Assembly: GCA_025453395.1 (NCBI GenBank)
Contig: JALOQK010000002.1
Coordinates: forward strand, 21,625-85,624
Length of the DNA stretch: 64,000 nt
Direction: 5' to 3'
DNA from: Candidatus Omnitrophota bacterium
Lineage (GTDB): Bacteria > Omnitrophota > Gorgyraeia > Gygaellales > Profunditerraquicolaceae
In this document: piece by piece, positions 49,122-58,650 of the stretch
Position numbering within the stretch: position 1 is the first letter of the stretch
Layout: the number at the start of each line of letters is the position of its first letter
The notes under the pieces: generated by a model
Databases searched by the model: none
The model's input: only the letters and a program-made list of their open reading frames with translations
What the model was told of the DNA's origin: nothing
Position numbers and translations under genes: made by a program

Positions 49122-49643
49122 ATGCCGGTAAAAGATGCAAGCAAATATAAAGATTACCTGATCAATATAGTGGTTTTGGCTATTGCCGCGATTATTGGTT
49201 TTAAAATTTATATAAAGAGCAATCAGGATATAGATGCTTTAAAGAAAAGCATTGAAGAAGAAAAAAGCAAGAATAAGGTGCTGGCAAGCCTTGAGGAAAA
49301 AGAAAAAGAAATAAACGCCTACCGCAAATATCTTAATAGCAAAGAGATCACCGGCATTCTGGATGTTATTGGCGATATCGCGCGGGAGTCGGATATTGAG
49401 ATTGATTCTATGCGTCCTTCAGGAGAAAACAAATACTCTTTTTTCAAGAAATACTTATTTGATATAAGATGCTCCGCAGGCAGCTACCATGATATTGCCA
49501 GATTCATAAGCTATCTTGAGAGCAATAAAAATGTCTTTACGGTAGAAAGCGTGTCTTTAAGCCCCGAAGGATCAGGCGTGCAAAGACGGGTGGGTAGGGT
49601 TTTTGTGGAGATTTCCTTAAGCACAATTGTTTTGGTAAATTAA
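49122..49643 (+). CDS. PilO-like protein
   Basis: TM, coiled coil, GSYHDIARFISYLES. Confidence 0.8.
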   Translation: MPVKDASKYKDYLINIVVLAIAAIIGFKIYIKSNQDIDALKKSIEEEKSKNKVLASLEEKEKEINAYRKYLNSKEITGILDVIGDIARESDIEIDSMRPSGENKYSFFKKYLFDIRCSAGSYHDIARFISYLESNKNVFTVESVSLSPEGSGVQRRVGRVFVEISLSTIVLVN

Positions 49644-49653
49644 AGGTTAAGAT

Positions 49654-50154
49654 ATGGGAAAATATCCGGTCAAATTAAATTTTATAAATGAAATTATATT
49701 ATTTTGCATAATTTTGGGGATAGGTTCCACTGTTTTTGCCAATACTACTTCTAACACTATGAAGAAACTTATTGAAGGCGACGAAGAAAAAGAGGAAAAG
49801 GCCTATGATGTTAAGCGGCCGGCGGCTGAATATAAAGCTGCCAATTATAGAGATCCTTTCAGATTACAGCGCCAGGAGAAAGAAGAAACTAAAGAAACAA
49901 AGAAATACCAGGAGGAAGAGATAATCCCTCCGGATTTAGTCATACAGGGCGTGGTTTGGGGGGCCGCTACTCCGCAGGCGATAGTTAATGATAAAGTAGT
50001 CAAAAAAGGCGACATTATACAGGATGCGCATATTTTGGATATTACAAAAGAGGGTATAGATATTTTCTATCAGGGGGCACAGTTTCATATTTCCGCTCCG
50101 GCATCCGGAAGCGGCATATCCAAAAAGAAAAAAGAGGGAGGCACAAATGAATAA
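49654..50154 (+). CDS. PilP/GspB-like protein
   Basis: RDPF, IQGVVWG, AIVND...GD; position between pilO and secretin. Confidence 0.65.
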   Translation: MGKYPVKLNFINEIILFCIILGIGSTVFANTTSNTMKKLIEGDEEKEEKAYDVKRPAAEYKAANYRDPFRLQRQEKEETKETKKYQEEEIIPPDLVIQGVVWGAATPQAIVNDKVVKKGDIIQDAHILDITKEGIDIFYQGAQFHISAPASGSGISKKKKEGGTNE

Positions 50155-51649
50155 CCGCCGGAAATCATATATAAGCTTATTTTTTATCCTCGCGCTTATT
50201 TTCGCGCCTTCGGGGTTAAACGCGCAAATGGATATCCCGTTTGACAATCCTAATATTTTTATCTCCATGGATTTCCAGAATGCCTCTTTAAAAGATATTC
50301 TAAAGATTTTCTCTGTGCAGTCCGGGCTTAATTTTATCGCCTCGGAAAACGTGCAAGACAGAAAAGTGACCCTTTATATGGATAAGGTTGGGGTTAAAGA
50401 CGCCATGGATAAGATTTTTACCGCTAATAATCTTGTTTATGAGCTGGACAGGGAATCCAATATTTTTATCGTCAAGGACCTGGGAAAGCCCAAGACTGAA
50501 ACCGAAACCAAGGTTTTTCCGCTTAAATATGCCACGGTTTCAGGGTCAGCTTTTAACCGCGAAAAAAGCAGTGTTTCTACTACGGCAGGGGCAGCCGCAG
50601 GAGGATCTTCAGGCATTGCCGCGGCGGTAGCCAAGATAGTTACTGAGAATGGTTCAGTTATGGAAGATATCCGCACCAACAGCATTATTGTTACGGATGT
50701 GCCTAAGAATATGCCCAATATTATTCAGCTTGTGAATGCCCTGGATGTTTCAGTGCCGCAGGTGCTTTTGGAAGTGGAGATGTTGGACGTGAATAAAAAC
50801 TTGAGCGAAGCTTTGGGTGTAAAATACGGGCAGTCGCCCATGACTTTAAACGCGCTTTTTAAAGGCGGGACATTTCTCTCTAAATTTCCTTCAGGCAGCC
50901 CGTTCGGCACCGGGCAGAAAACTGGTTTTGGGTCTTTTGAAGTAAATAGCGGCAATGATGGCTCTGATATTAGCACTTATCAGGTGGTCTTAGATTTTCT
51001 AAAATCCCAGACCGATACTAAATTTCTTGCGCGGCCTAAGATCTTGACTTTAGACAATGAAACCGCGGAAATAAAGATCTCTACCCAGGAATCTGTGGGC
51101 ATTATTAATTCTACTACTAATACCGGCAATAGCTCCACAAGCACTACTACCAAAGAAGCGGAAAGATATGAAACCGGCGTAATCTTGAGGGTAACTCCAC
51201 AGGTCAACTTTAAAACCGGTGAAATTACCATGTTTGTTAATCCTAAGGTAAGCGAGGCTATTGCCGGCAATAGCATAACCGAAGGTAATACTGTTTATAC
51301 TTACCGCGACCCGGAAGAAAGAAGCACTAAATCTGTAGTCAGGATCCAAGATGGAGAAACCGTAGTTTTGGGAGGGCTTATCCGTAAAGAAAAAACAGAA
51401 ACTATCACTAAGCTGCCGTTTTTAGGGGATATTCCGGTTTTAGGGGCTTTGTTCCGCCATAAAAATATTTCCAAGGACAAGGAAAGAGAACTGCTTGTTT
51501 TTATCACTCCACACATCGTTAAAGACGCAAGCACCCAGCTTGCCAACGCGCAAGTTAAGCAAACCGGCTCTGCGTTAGGGGCCCCTGGCAATAAACGCGA
51601 GGCGATTATTACCGCAAGCCTGAATGCCTTTGAAAAGAAGAAAAGGTGA
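50147..51649 (+). CDS. Secretin (PilQ/GspD family)
   Basis: MDFQNASLKDIL, PQVLLEV, LRVTPQV, KLPFLGDIPVLGALF, ELLVFITPHI. Confidence 0.93.
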   Translation: MNNRRKSYISLFFILALIFAPSGLNAQMDIPFDNPNIFISMDFQNASLKDILKIFSVQSGLNFIASENVQDRKVTLYMDKVGVKDAMDKIFTANNLVYELDRESNIFIVKDLGKPKTETETKVFPLKYATVSGSAFNREKSSVSTTAGAAAGGSSGIAAAVAKIVTENGSVMEDIRTNSIIVTDVPKNMPNIIQLVNALDVSVPQVLLEVEMLDVNKNLSEALGVKYGQSPMTLNALFKGGTFLSKFPSGSPFGTGQKTGFGSFEVNSGNDGSDISTYQVVLDFLKSQTDTKFLARPKILTLDNETAEIKISTQESVGIINSTTNTGNSSTSTTTKEAERYETGVILRVTPQVNFKTGEITMFVNPKVSEAIAGNSITEGNTVYTYRDPEERSTKSVVRIQDGETVVLGGLIRKEKTETITKLPFLGDIPVLGALFRHKNISKDKERELLVFITPHIVKDASTQLANAQVKQTGSALGAPGNKREAIITASLNAFEKKKR

Positions 51650-51669
51650 TCCCTGCTAAAATAAACAGT

Positions 51670-53394
51670 ATGCCCAAAGAAAAATATTTAAGGTTAGGCG
51701 AGCTTCTGGTTAAAGAGGGCCTGATTACTCCTGCCCAGCTTGAGAAGATCATTATTATCCAGCGGCAGGAGGGCGGGCGCATGGGGGAACTTTTGATCCG
51801 CGAAGGCATGATCAAAGAAGAGCAGTTTGTGGTGGTTTTGGGCAAGCAGTTAGGCATACCTTTTTTTACCTTTGGTACCGGGATGTTAAAGCCGTCGGTC
51901 GATCAGGGGCTTGAAAGGCTTATCTCGCAGGATTTTGCTTTAAAAAACCTGGTTATCCCGCTTTCGCGCACGCTTAATTCTCTAAGTGTAGCTATGGTTG
52001 ACCCGCTGGATCTAATCTTAATAGACAATCTTAAAAAGCTTACCGGATGTGACATCAATCCGGTAATTGCCACTCGTTCTGATATTTTAAAATCAATAGA
52101 AGAATTCTATGGCAAGACCGGGATGTTAAACCGCGCGGTTCAGGATACTTATGATGACCAGTCCCAAGATAATAGGGTGAACACAATTGACCTTGCGGAT
52201 GAAGAATTAAGCTTAGATAAATTAGTTGCCCGCGCTGAAGAGGCGCCAGTTGTAAAGCTGGTGGATTTGATTATTCGTCAGGCCATAGATGAGCGCGCAT
52301 CGGATATTCATATTGAGCCGTTTAAGGACAGGATTTCCCTTCGTTATCGCATTGACGGCAAGCTCTATGAAATCCCCCCTCCGGCAAAATACCTGCACTT
52401 GCCGATCATCTCGCGTATTAAAATATTAAGTAAAATGGATATTGCCGAGAAAAGATTGCCGCAAGACGGCACGTTTCTGGTAAAAATGGAGGACAGGGTT
52501 GTAGATCTAAGAATTTCTACAATTCCTACTATCTACGGAGAAAAGATTGTTTTAAGAATCCTGGACCGAGGCTCTGTAGTTCTGGATTTAAATGTTTTAG
52601 GTATGGACGCCAAACAGCTGGAGGCGGTGCGCGCAGCTGCCGCTATGCCCTATGGCCTGATTTTTCTTACCGGCCCCACTGGAAGCGGCAAGACCACAAC
52701 GCTCTACGCGCTTTTAAACGAAATCAAAAGCCCCTCCAAGAATATAATCACTATTGAAGACCCGGTTGAGTATAAAATAGAGGGCATAAATCAAGTGCAG
52801 GTAAAGCCGGAAATCGGCTTAAATTTCGCAAACGCGCTTCGCTCTTTTCTAAGGCAGGACCCGGATATCATGCTGGTGGGCGAGGTGCGCGATTTAGAGA
52901 CCGCGCAGATTTGTATCCGCTCGGCATTAACCGGGCACTTGGTTTTAAGCACCCTTCACACCAATGACGCGCCTTCAGCAGTAAGCCGGCTTATGGACAT
53001 CGGGATTGAGTCGTATCTTTTGGCGCCGTCTCTTCTTTTAATCGTCGCCCAAAGGCTTATCCGCAGGCTCTGTCCGGACTGTAAAGAAGCTTATGAGCCT
53101 ACCCCGGAGCAGGTTAAGAAATTTAAGCTTACCGCCGAGCTTATTTATAAGCCAAGAGGCTGTTCCAAGTGCGCTCAAATCGGCTACAAGGGCAGGATAT
53201 CTGTGGCAGAGGTAATGAATACCAATGATGAATTAAAAACTTTGATTAATGAAGGGGTCCCCTATCAGAAGATCCGCGATGCCGCTAAAAAAGCCGGCAT
53301 GCAGACTTTGTATGATTCCGCGATCAAGAAAGTGGAGATGGGGCTTACTTCTTTGGAAGAGGCGCTTTCAGTTGCTATTGCCGCTGACTACTAG
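51670..53394 (+). CDS. PilB/GspE assembly ATPase
   Basis: RLGELL MshEN-like start, ASDIHIEP, GPTGSGKTTT, LRQDPD, TGHLVLSTLH; alternative start GTG 51646-region. Confidence 0.94.
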   Translation: MPKEKYLRLGELLVKEGLITPAQLEKIIIIQRQEGGRMGELLIREGMIKEEQFVVVLGKQLGIPFFTFGTGMLKPSVDQGLERLISQDFALKNLVIPLSRTLNSLSVAMVDPLDLILIDNLKKLTGCDINPVIATRSDILKSIEEFYGKTGMLNRAVQDTYDDQSQDNRVNTIDLADEELSLDKLVARAEEAPVVKLVDLIIRQAIDERASDIHIEPFKDRISLRYRIDGKLYEIPPPAKYLHLPIISRIKILSKMDIAEKRLPQDGTFLVKMEDRVVDLRISTIPTIYGEKIVLRILDRGSVVLDLNVLGMDAKQLEAVRAAAAMPYGLIFLTGPTGSGKTTTLYALLNEIKSPSKNIITIEDPVEYKIEGINQVQVKPEIGLNFANALRSFLRQDPDIMLVGEVRDLETAQICIRSALTGHLVLSTLHTNDAPSAVSRLMDIGIESYLLAPSLLLIVAQRLIRRLCPDCKEAYEPTPEQVKKFKLTAELIYKPRGCSKCAQIGYKGRISVAEVMNTNDELKTLINEGVPYQKIRDAAKKAGMQTLYDSAIKKVEMGLTSLEEALSVAIAADY

Positions 53395-53411
53395 AATAAA
53401 AGGAATAAATT

Positions 53412-54650
53412 ATGGCAAAATTTTTCTATACTGTGCGCGATTCAAGAGGGGTAAAGCATAGCGGCACTGAAGAAGGCACCAATGAGGAAGATGTAGTAAG
53501 CCGGCTTCAGGCAAAAGGTTTTCTAGTGGTAGGCCTTGTGCATGAAAGCAAGCAATCTGCCGCAGGGTTGCAGGCGGATAAAACTCCTACAAGTAGAGGT
53601 AAGTTTAAGCATTACGGGGTTTCAGGCGATGACTTGGTGCTTTTTTGCCGGCAGTTGGCCACGCTTTTAGGAGCAGGCGTAACTATTCTAAAAAGTGTTG
53701 ATATAATTTGCCTGCAGATTTCAAGCCGGGGTTTATATAAAGTATTGAAAAAGGTTTCTTCGGATATGCAGGCAGGTTTAAGCCTGCACGAAGCGCTCTC
53801 TCGGCATCCGCAGGTTTTTTCTGAACTTTGGGTTAACCTGGTAGAAAGTGGAGAGGCAAGCGGTAACTTGGCAATGGTGCTTTCGCGTTTGGCAGGATAC
53901 CTTGAAAGAAACGCCGCCTTTAGAAGAAGGATAATCTCCGCTCTTCTGTATCCTATTATTCTTATGGTTGCCGGCTTAGGCGCGCTATTATTTCTAACCC
54001 TTAAAATAATCCCCACTTTCGCCGAGTTGTTTAAGGGGTTTAATGTGGAGCTTCCTTTTCTTACTAAGGTCCTTATATCTTTTAGTGAAGGCCTGCGGCA
54101 TAGTTTCCTATTTATTATCGTCGTAGCTGTATTAGGCGGGTATCTTTTAAGAAAATACCTCAAAACCAGAAAAGGCCGCAGGCAGTATGAAGAGCTTCTT
54201 TTTAAATCTCCGATTTTCGGGGATTTTATCAAGGGGCTGGTGGTGGAGCGGTTTTCTTCAGAGATGTCAACGCTTGTGGAAAGCGGAGTGCCGATACTTT
54301 ATTCGCTTGAAATTGCCGAGCATAGCGTGGGCAACTTAGTTATGGCGGATATTATCCATCAAATTAAAGAAGATGTCAGAGACGGCAAGCCTTTAAGTTA
54401 TCCTCTTGAGAAAAGTAATTTCTTTGAGCCGATGGTGATTCAAATGGTGGCTATCGGAGAAGAAATAGGAGAACTGCCGCAGATGTTCAAGAAAATAAAT
54501 CTTTTTTACCAGGAATATGTGGAGACATTCTTGACCCGTTTTGCTTCTATGTTTGAGCCGATCATGCTTATTGTGATGGGGGTGATTATCGGGGTTATTG
54601 TTATCGGGATGTTCTTGCCAATATTTAGCATAAGCAGGATTGGCGGGTAA
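53412..54650 (+). CDS. PilC/GspF platform protein
   Basis: FCRQLATLLGAG, GEASGNL, ALLYP, EPIM. Confidence 0.93.
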   Translation: MAKFFYTVRDSRGVKHSGTEEGTNEEDVVSRLQAKGFLVVGLVHESKQSAAGLQADKTPTSRGKFKHYGVSGDDLVLFCRQLATLLGAGVTILKSVDIICLQISSRGLYKVLKKVSSDMQAGLSLHEALSRHPQVFSELWVNLVESGEASGNLAMVLSRLAGYLERNAAFRRRIISALLYPIILMVAGLGALLFLTLKIIPTFAELFKGFNVELPFLTKVLISFSEGLRHSFLFIIVVAVLGGYLLRKYLKTRKGRRQYEELLFKSPIFGDFIKGLVVERFSSEMSTLVESGVPILYSLEIAEHSVGNLVMADIIHQIKEDVRDGKPLSYPLEKSNFFEPMVIQMVAIGEEIGELPQMFKKINLFYQEYVETFLTRFASMFEPIMLIVMGVIIGVIVIGMFLPIFSISRIGG

Positions 54651-54672
54651 AGGTAAAAGGTTAATTAAGGTA

Positions 54673-54700
54673 TTGACAACAAAGAATTTAAGGTTAAAAT
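54673..54700 (+). promoter_or_regulatory. Putative promoter for major pilin
   Basis: TTGACA-16nt-TAAAAT. Confidence 0.55.
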
Positions 54701-54755
54701 ATATTTTAGGTAAACGTTATAATAAAATAGAAATTAACATAAGAAAGGAGTAGTT

Positions 54756-55169
54756 ATGAAAAAAGGTTTTACGCTGTTGGAATTAATTGTAGTTATCATC
54801 ATCATCGGGGTTTTGGCAACATTGGGGTTTGTGCAGTATGTTAATATGATTGAAAAAGGCAGAAGAGCTGAAGCGCGCACGAATTTGGGTATGTTGCGTA
54901 CTTTGCAGATGGCTTATCATCAGGAGCATAGTACTGCCTACGCGGCAATAGGTGATTTGCAATCTGGTTTACCTGCTGCAACCGGTACTGGCGATCACAC
55001 TTGTACTAATGCTAATTTCTATTTTGAATATTTTTGTGATGCTACTGGTGGCACTGTTCCTGGTACCTGTTATGCAATGAGATGTGCCTCGGGCGGTAAG
55101 GATCCTGTAACTGGCACTACTTCTGTAATTTCGCTTAGTGTAGATGGAGCAGGTGGAAACGATTGGTAA
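54756..55169 (+). CDS. Type IV pilin, probable major pilin
   Basis: KG|FTLLELIVV; own promoter and strong RBS; four Cys. Confidence 0.88.
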   Translation: MKKGFTLLELIVVIIIIGVLATLGFVQYVNMIEKGRRAEARTNLGMLRTLQMAYHQEHSTAYAAIGDLQSGLPAATGTGDHTCTNANFYFEYFCDATGGTVPGTCYAMRCASGGKDPVTGTTSVISLSVDGAGGNDW

Positions 55170-55182
55170 TCAATGGATGAGT

Positions 55183-55596
55183 ATGAAATCGCGTGGTTAC
55201 ACGCTACTTGAAATCGTCATAGTGGTTGTGATTGTGGGGATTTTGGTAAGCTTAGGTTTGGTTAATTACACCAATGTCCGGGAAAGGGCTCTGGGCAAAG
55301 AGGCAAGGGCGACCTTGAAGCTTATTGCCGCGGCAGAGAGAATCTACCGTATGGAAACAGGGCTGTATCTTATTCCAGGAAATGCTGTTCCAGCTAGGGC
55401 AGCTAATGATTTAGCTTACATTAATAGTATGCTAAAGCTTGCCATCCCTCAATCAAACAACGCTTGGGGATATAGTATTACTTCAACTACTAATCCTGCT
55501 ATTTCTGAATTTGACGCGCAGGCCGCAAGAGCAGCGTGCACCTATAAGATGACTCAAGGTGATGATGAACCCAGTGATTCGGGGACATGTTATTAA
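55183..55596 (+). CDS. Type IV pilin
   Basis: RG|YTLLEIVIVV; start 55183 or 55177. Confidence 0.85.
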   Translation: MKSRGYTLLEIVIVVVIVGILVSLGLVNYTNVRERALGKEARATLKLIAAAERIYRMETGLYLIPGNAVPARAANDLAYINSMLKLAIPQSNNAWGYSITSTTNPAISEFDAQAARAACTYKMTQGDDEPSDSGTCY

Positions 55597-55615
55597 AGTT
55601 TTGTTAGTTTAAACA

Positions 55616-55649
55616 AATAAAGGGGGTATCGTAAGATGCCCCCTTTATT
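55616..55649 (+). terminator. Bidirectional-type intrinsic terminator after pilins
   Basis: AATAAAGGGGGTATC-GTAA-GATGCCCCCTTTATT. Confidence 0.8.
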
Positions 55650-55666
55650 ATTATGGGTAGAATTAT

Positions 55667-56026
55667 ATGAAGAATAAAGCCATGACCTTACTTGAAATCT
55701 TAATCGCGGTTTTGATTATCGCCATTACCGTCGGAGGGCTGGTTGCTGTTTTTGTAAGTTCCCGCGGGTTCATAGAGCATTCCCGTTCCCGTTTGCAGGC
55801 AGCGCAGTTATCCAAATACTATATTGATCAATTACATGGGTTTGTGCGCCAGGATTCATGGAATACCGCAAGTAACCAGCTATATGATGGAGCTGCTCCT
55901 TCCTATTCAACAACTTTTTCCGGGGTAACATATAATGTGACTTCTGTAGTGGACGCTGTTGATCCCGTAAATCCGGGAGGGTTGCGCCGGGTAGTCACAA
56001 AAATAAAGTGGACAGAGCCAAAATGA
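55667..56026 (+). CDS. Minor pilin (PilV/GspI-like)
   Basis: KA|MTLLEILIAV; C-terminal LRRVVTKIKW. Confidence 0.8.
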   Translation: MKNKAMTLLEILIAVLIIAITVGGLVAVFVSSRGFIEHSRSRLQAAQLSKYYIDQLHGFVRQDSWNTASNQLYDGAAPSYSTTFSGVTYNVTSVVDAVDPVNPGGLRRVVTKIKWTEPK

Positions 56027-56679
56027 AGATTAACCCTAATAGGTCAGTTACTCTTTTGGAATTATTGATGAGCCTGCTTATCATGAGTATTGTTTTAGCC
56101 GCCTTAACAAGTATCAATACTTTTATTAATCACAACGCTTTATCCAGTGACAGAAGATCTAAGCTGCAGAATGAAGTATCTTATACTTTAGAGCATATGA
56201 CTAAAGAAATAGGCAAGGCGCGGGGCAATGAGGTTGCTTCTGGCGCGGGCAAGGTTTTAGCAATTACGGCAAGCGCTTCTGCAGGGGGGCAAGTAATAAG
56301 GTTTTTAGCTAATGATAATGATTATGCTGTTCCGGGAAACTGGGCAGCGTATCTTTACATTCCTCAGGGTTATCCAAATAGTTATCAAATACGTTATTGT
56401 GAGAAGTGCGCTGATACGGATTGTAATTCTTGCAGTTTTCCTGCTTCCTGGGCAGCTTTACCTGCTAATTACATTATCGCCCGGAAGGTAAAAGTATTTG
56501 TGCCTGATAAGCCGATGATAAATGACCCTTCTGATCAACGTTTGAATCAAAATTATTTTAGCGTTAGGATTACTTCTTGTTGGGATCCGGCGCTTGCTTC
56601 TCCGCCTGACGGCACATCGGAAAATCCCTGCATTACCATGGAAACCCGCATGAAGATGCCCTCGGTTTCTACCCATTAG
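56023..56679 (+). CDS. Minor pilin (PilW/GspJ-like)
   Basis: RS|VTLLELLMSL; LEHMTKEI; ATGA overlap. Confidence 0.78.
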   Translation: MKINPNRSVTLLELLMSLLIMSIVLAALTSINTFINHNALSSDRRSKLQNEVSYTLEHMTKEIGKARGNEVASGAGKVLAITASASAGGQVIRFLANDNDYAVPGNWAAYLYIPQGYPNSYQIRYCEKCADTDCNSCSFPASWAALPANYIIARKVKVFVPDKPMINDPSDQRLNQNYFSVRITSCWDPALASPPDGTSENPCITMETRMKMPSVSTH

Positions 56680-56803
56680 AAAAGCGCAAAACTAAAAGCG
56701 CAAAGCGTAAATCGATAATCCAAAATTCAAAATTTTTAATTTTACGCTATAGTTTTACCTGCCTGCCGGCAAGGCAGGCGTTTTTCGCTTTACATTTTAC
56801 GCT
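56680..56803. repeat. Empty palindromic heptamer element with nested GC palindrome at 56758..56778
   Basis: AAAAGCGCAAAACTAAAAGCGCAAAGCGTAAATCGATAATCCAAAATTCAAAA|TTTTTAATTTTACGCTATAGTTTTAC...; near-identical core to 59384..59483. Confidence 0.9.
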
Positions 56804-56839
56804 ATATAAGACAAAAATCGTCTAACTTTTATGTATTTG

Positions 56840-56881
56840 GCTGATAGCTGAAAGCTGATAGCTGATAGCTGAAAGCTGATA
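56840..56881. repeat. Heptamer array (GCTGAWA)x6
   Basis: GCTGATA GCTGAAA GCTGATA GCTGATA GCTGAAA GCTGATA. Confidence 0.92.
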
Positions 56882-56885
56882 TAAT

Positions 56886-56914
56886 TTGACTGAACTTATG
56901 CCTTATGTTATATT
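56886..56914 (+). promoter_or_regulatory. Putative tRNA promoter
   Basis: TTGACT-17nt-TATATT with TG extension. Confidence 0.5.
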
Positions 56915-56958
56915 GTTTTCTATATTGAGCGGATTTTAAGTGATAAATTGATTAAATT

Positions 56959-57031
56959 GGGGCTGTAGCTCAGTTGGGAGAGCGCCTCGTTCGCAACGAG
57001 GAGGCCAGCGGTTCGATCCCGCTCAGCTCCA
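56959..57031 (+). tRNA. tRNA-Ala(CGC), CCA not encoded
   Basis: Acceptor GGGGCTG/CAGCTCC with G3:U70; anticodon arm CCTCG-TTCGCAA-CGAGG; GGTTCGATCCC T-loop. Confidence 0.95.
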
Positions 57032-57201
57032 CTTAATGAGCCCAAAACTTACGGAAGCGATAGCGACGTAAGTTTTATGGGCGAATTAACTCCGACGAAT
57101 GCCCGAAAATTTACGTAAGGAAATTTTCGGAGCGTTTATGAGTCGGAGCAGATAATAGCGTAGTGGCAAGTCAGTGCGACGCCACGACCCATCTAATCCC
57201 T

Positions 57202-58644
57202 ATGCGTCACATTTTTTTTATTTTATCTTTATTATTCCTAAACATCTCTTTTGCCCAAGAAGTAAAACTTCCCGATGCCGCAGGAGGATTTTATCCGGAT
57301 GACCCCAAGCAATTATCCGACATGATAGATGCCTGCCTTAAAGATGCAAATCCTAAAACGCCAGAGGGTAGAATTCTTGCCATTATTGCCCCGCACGCAG
57401 GATACGGCTTTTCTGCTGGCACCGCCGCCTTTTCCTATAAGCTTGTAGAGGGCACGCCTTATAAAACAGTGATTATAATCGGCCCCAGCCACTTTTATTC
57501 TTTTGCGGGTGTTTCAGTTTATCCATCCGGGGTTTTTCGCACTGCCTTAGGCGATGTCCCAGTTGACAGTGATTTTACCGCTAAGCTTTTAAATCAAAAC
57601 CCGGAAATAATCTTTGATCCTAAGGCCTTTGAAAAAGAACATTCTGTTGAGGTACAGCTTCCATTCTTACAAAAGACATTGGTAGATTTTAAGATTGTTC
57701 CCATTGCTATGGGTGATTGCACTTTGGGCGCCTGTCAGAAGCTTTCAGATTTTTTAAGCGCGGCAATTGGAGCAAGGGATGATGTTTTGGTGGTAGTTTC
57801 AAGCGACCTTTGCCACAGTTATAATTATCATCTTACGGAGAAAACCGACCGCGCTACTTTAGATGCTTTGCTTAAGATGGATGACGAAGCGTTTTATTAT
57901 GGCGTGCGTGACGGTAAATTTCAGGCCTGCGGGGCCTTTCCGATAGTGGTTGCCTTAAAGTTGGCCAAGGCAAAGGGTTTTAAAGATTTAGAAGTTTTAA
58001 AATACACTAATTCAACCGAGGTTATTTCTAAGAAAGAAAAAGGCGTATGGTCCGTAGGATATGCCGCGTCCGTTATAAGCGCTAAACCGGAGGGTGAAAA
58101 TATGTTAGACACAAAACAGCAAAAGCGGTTGCTTCAGATTGCCCGTCAGGCAATAATAGAACATTTTAAAGGCAAGAAGGCAGAAGAAATCAAAGAAACT
58201 GACCCGGATTTATCCAAGCCAATGGGGTCTTTTGTAACTTTGCATAATAAGGGCAAGCTTCGCGGATGTATCGGTAATATCATCGGCGGAAAACCGCTTT
58301 ATCTGACGGTAAGGGACATGGCAATTGCCGCCAGCACCCAGGATTATCGTTTTTCTCCAGTTGAGGAAGCAGAACTAAAGGATATAGATATTGAAATTTC
58401 AGTTTTATCTGTTCCGCAGAGAGTCGCTTCCGCAGAAGAAATTCAATTGGGGAAACACGGAGTAATCGTTAAGCGCGATGGCCACAATGGAGTATTCTTG
58501 CCTCAAGTTGCTACAGAGACCGGATGGACAAAAGAGGAATTTTTGTCAGAGTTGTGCCAGCAGAAGGCAGGCCTTGCGCCTAGCGCTTGGAAAGATCCGC
58601 AAACCGAACTTTATATTTTTACCGCGCAGGTGTTTAAGGAGTAG
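57202..58644 (+). CDS. AmmeMemoRadiSam protein B (MEMO1-like) fused to protein A (AMMECR1-like)
   Basis: AGGFYP, PHAGY, EHSVEVQLPFLQ, SSDLCH; then FVTL, LRGCIG, DYRF, FLPQVA, LCQQKAGL. Confidence 0.9.
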   Translation: MRHIFFILSLLFLNISFAQEVKLPDAAGGFYPDDPKQLSDMIDACLKDANPKTPEGRILAIIAPHAGYGFSAGTAAFSYKLVEGTPYKTVIIIGPSHFYSFAGVSVYPSGVFRTALGDVPVDSDFTAKLLNQNPEIIFDPKAFEKEHSVEVQLPFLQKTLVDFKIVPIAMGDCTLGACQKLSDFLSAAIGARDDVLVVVSSDLCHSYNYHLTEKTDRATLDALLKMDDEAFYYGVRDGKFQACGAFPIVVALKLAKAKGFKDLEVLKYTNSTEVISKKEKGVWSVGYAASVISAKPEGENMLDTKQQKRLLQIARQAIIEHFKGKKAEEIKETDPDLSKPMGSFVTLHNKGKLRGCIGNIIGGKPLYLTVRDMAIAASTQDYRFSPVEEAELKDIDIEISVLSVPQRVASAEEIQLGKHGVIVKRDGHNGVFLPQVATETGWTKEEFLSELCQQKAGLAPSAWKDPQTELYIFTAQVFKE

Positions 58645-58650
58645 CCTAAT

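Noticed and set aside
53612-54232. Long minus-strand ORFs (also 24973..25518, 25819..26346, 62172..62729)
   Set aside because: Antisense shadows of well-supported + strand genes with no recognisable motifs.
56959-57031. Genomic island integrated at tRNA-Ala
   Set aside because: No duplicated tRNA 3' end or integrase seen; downstream genes are mostly housekeeping.
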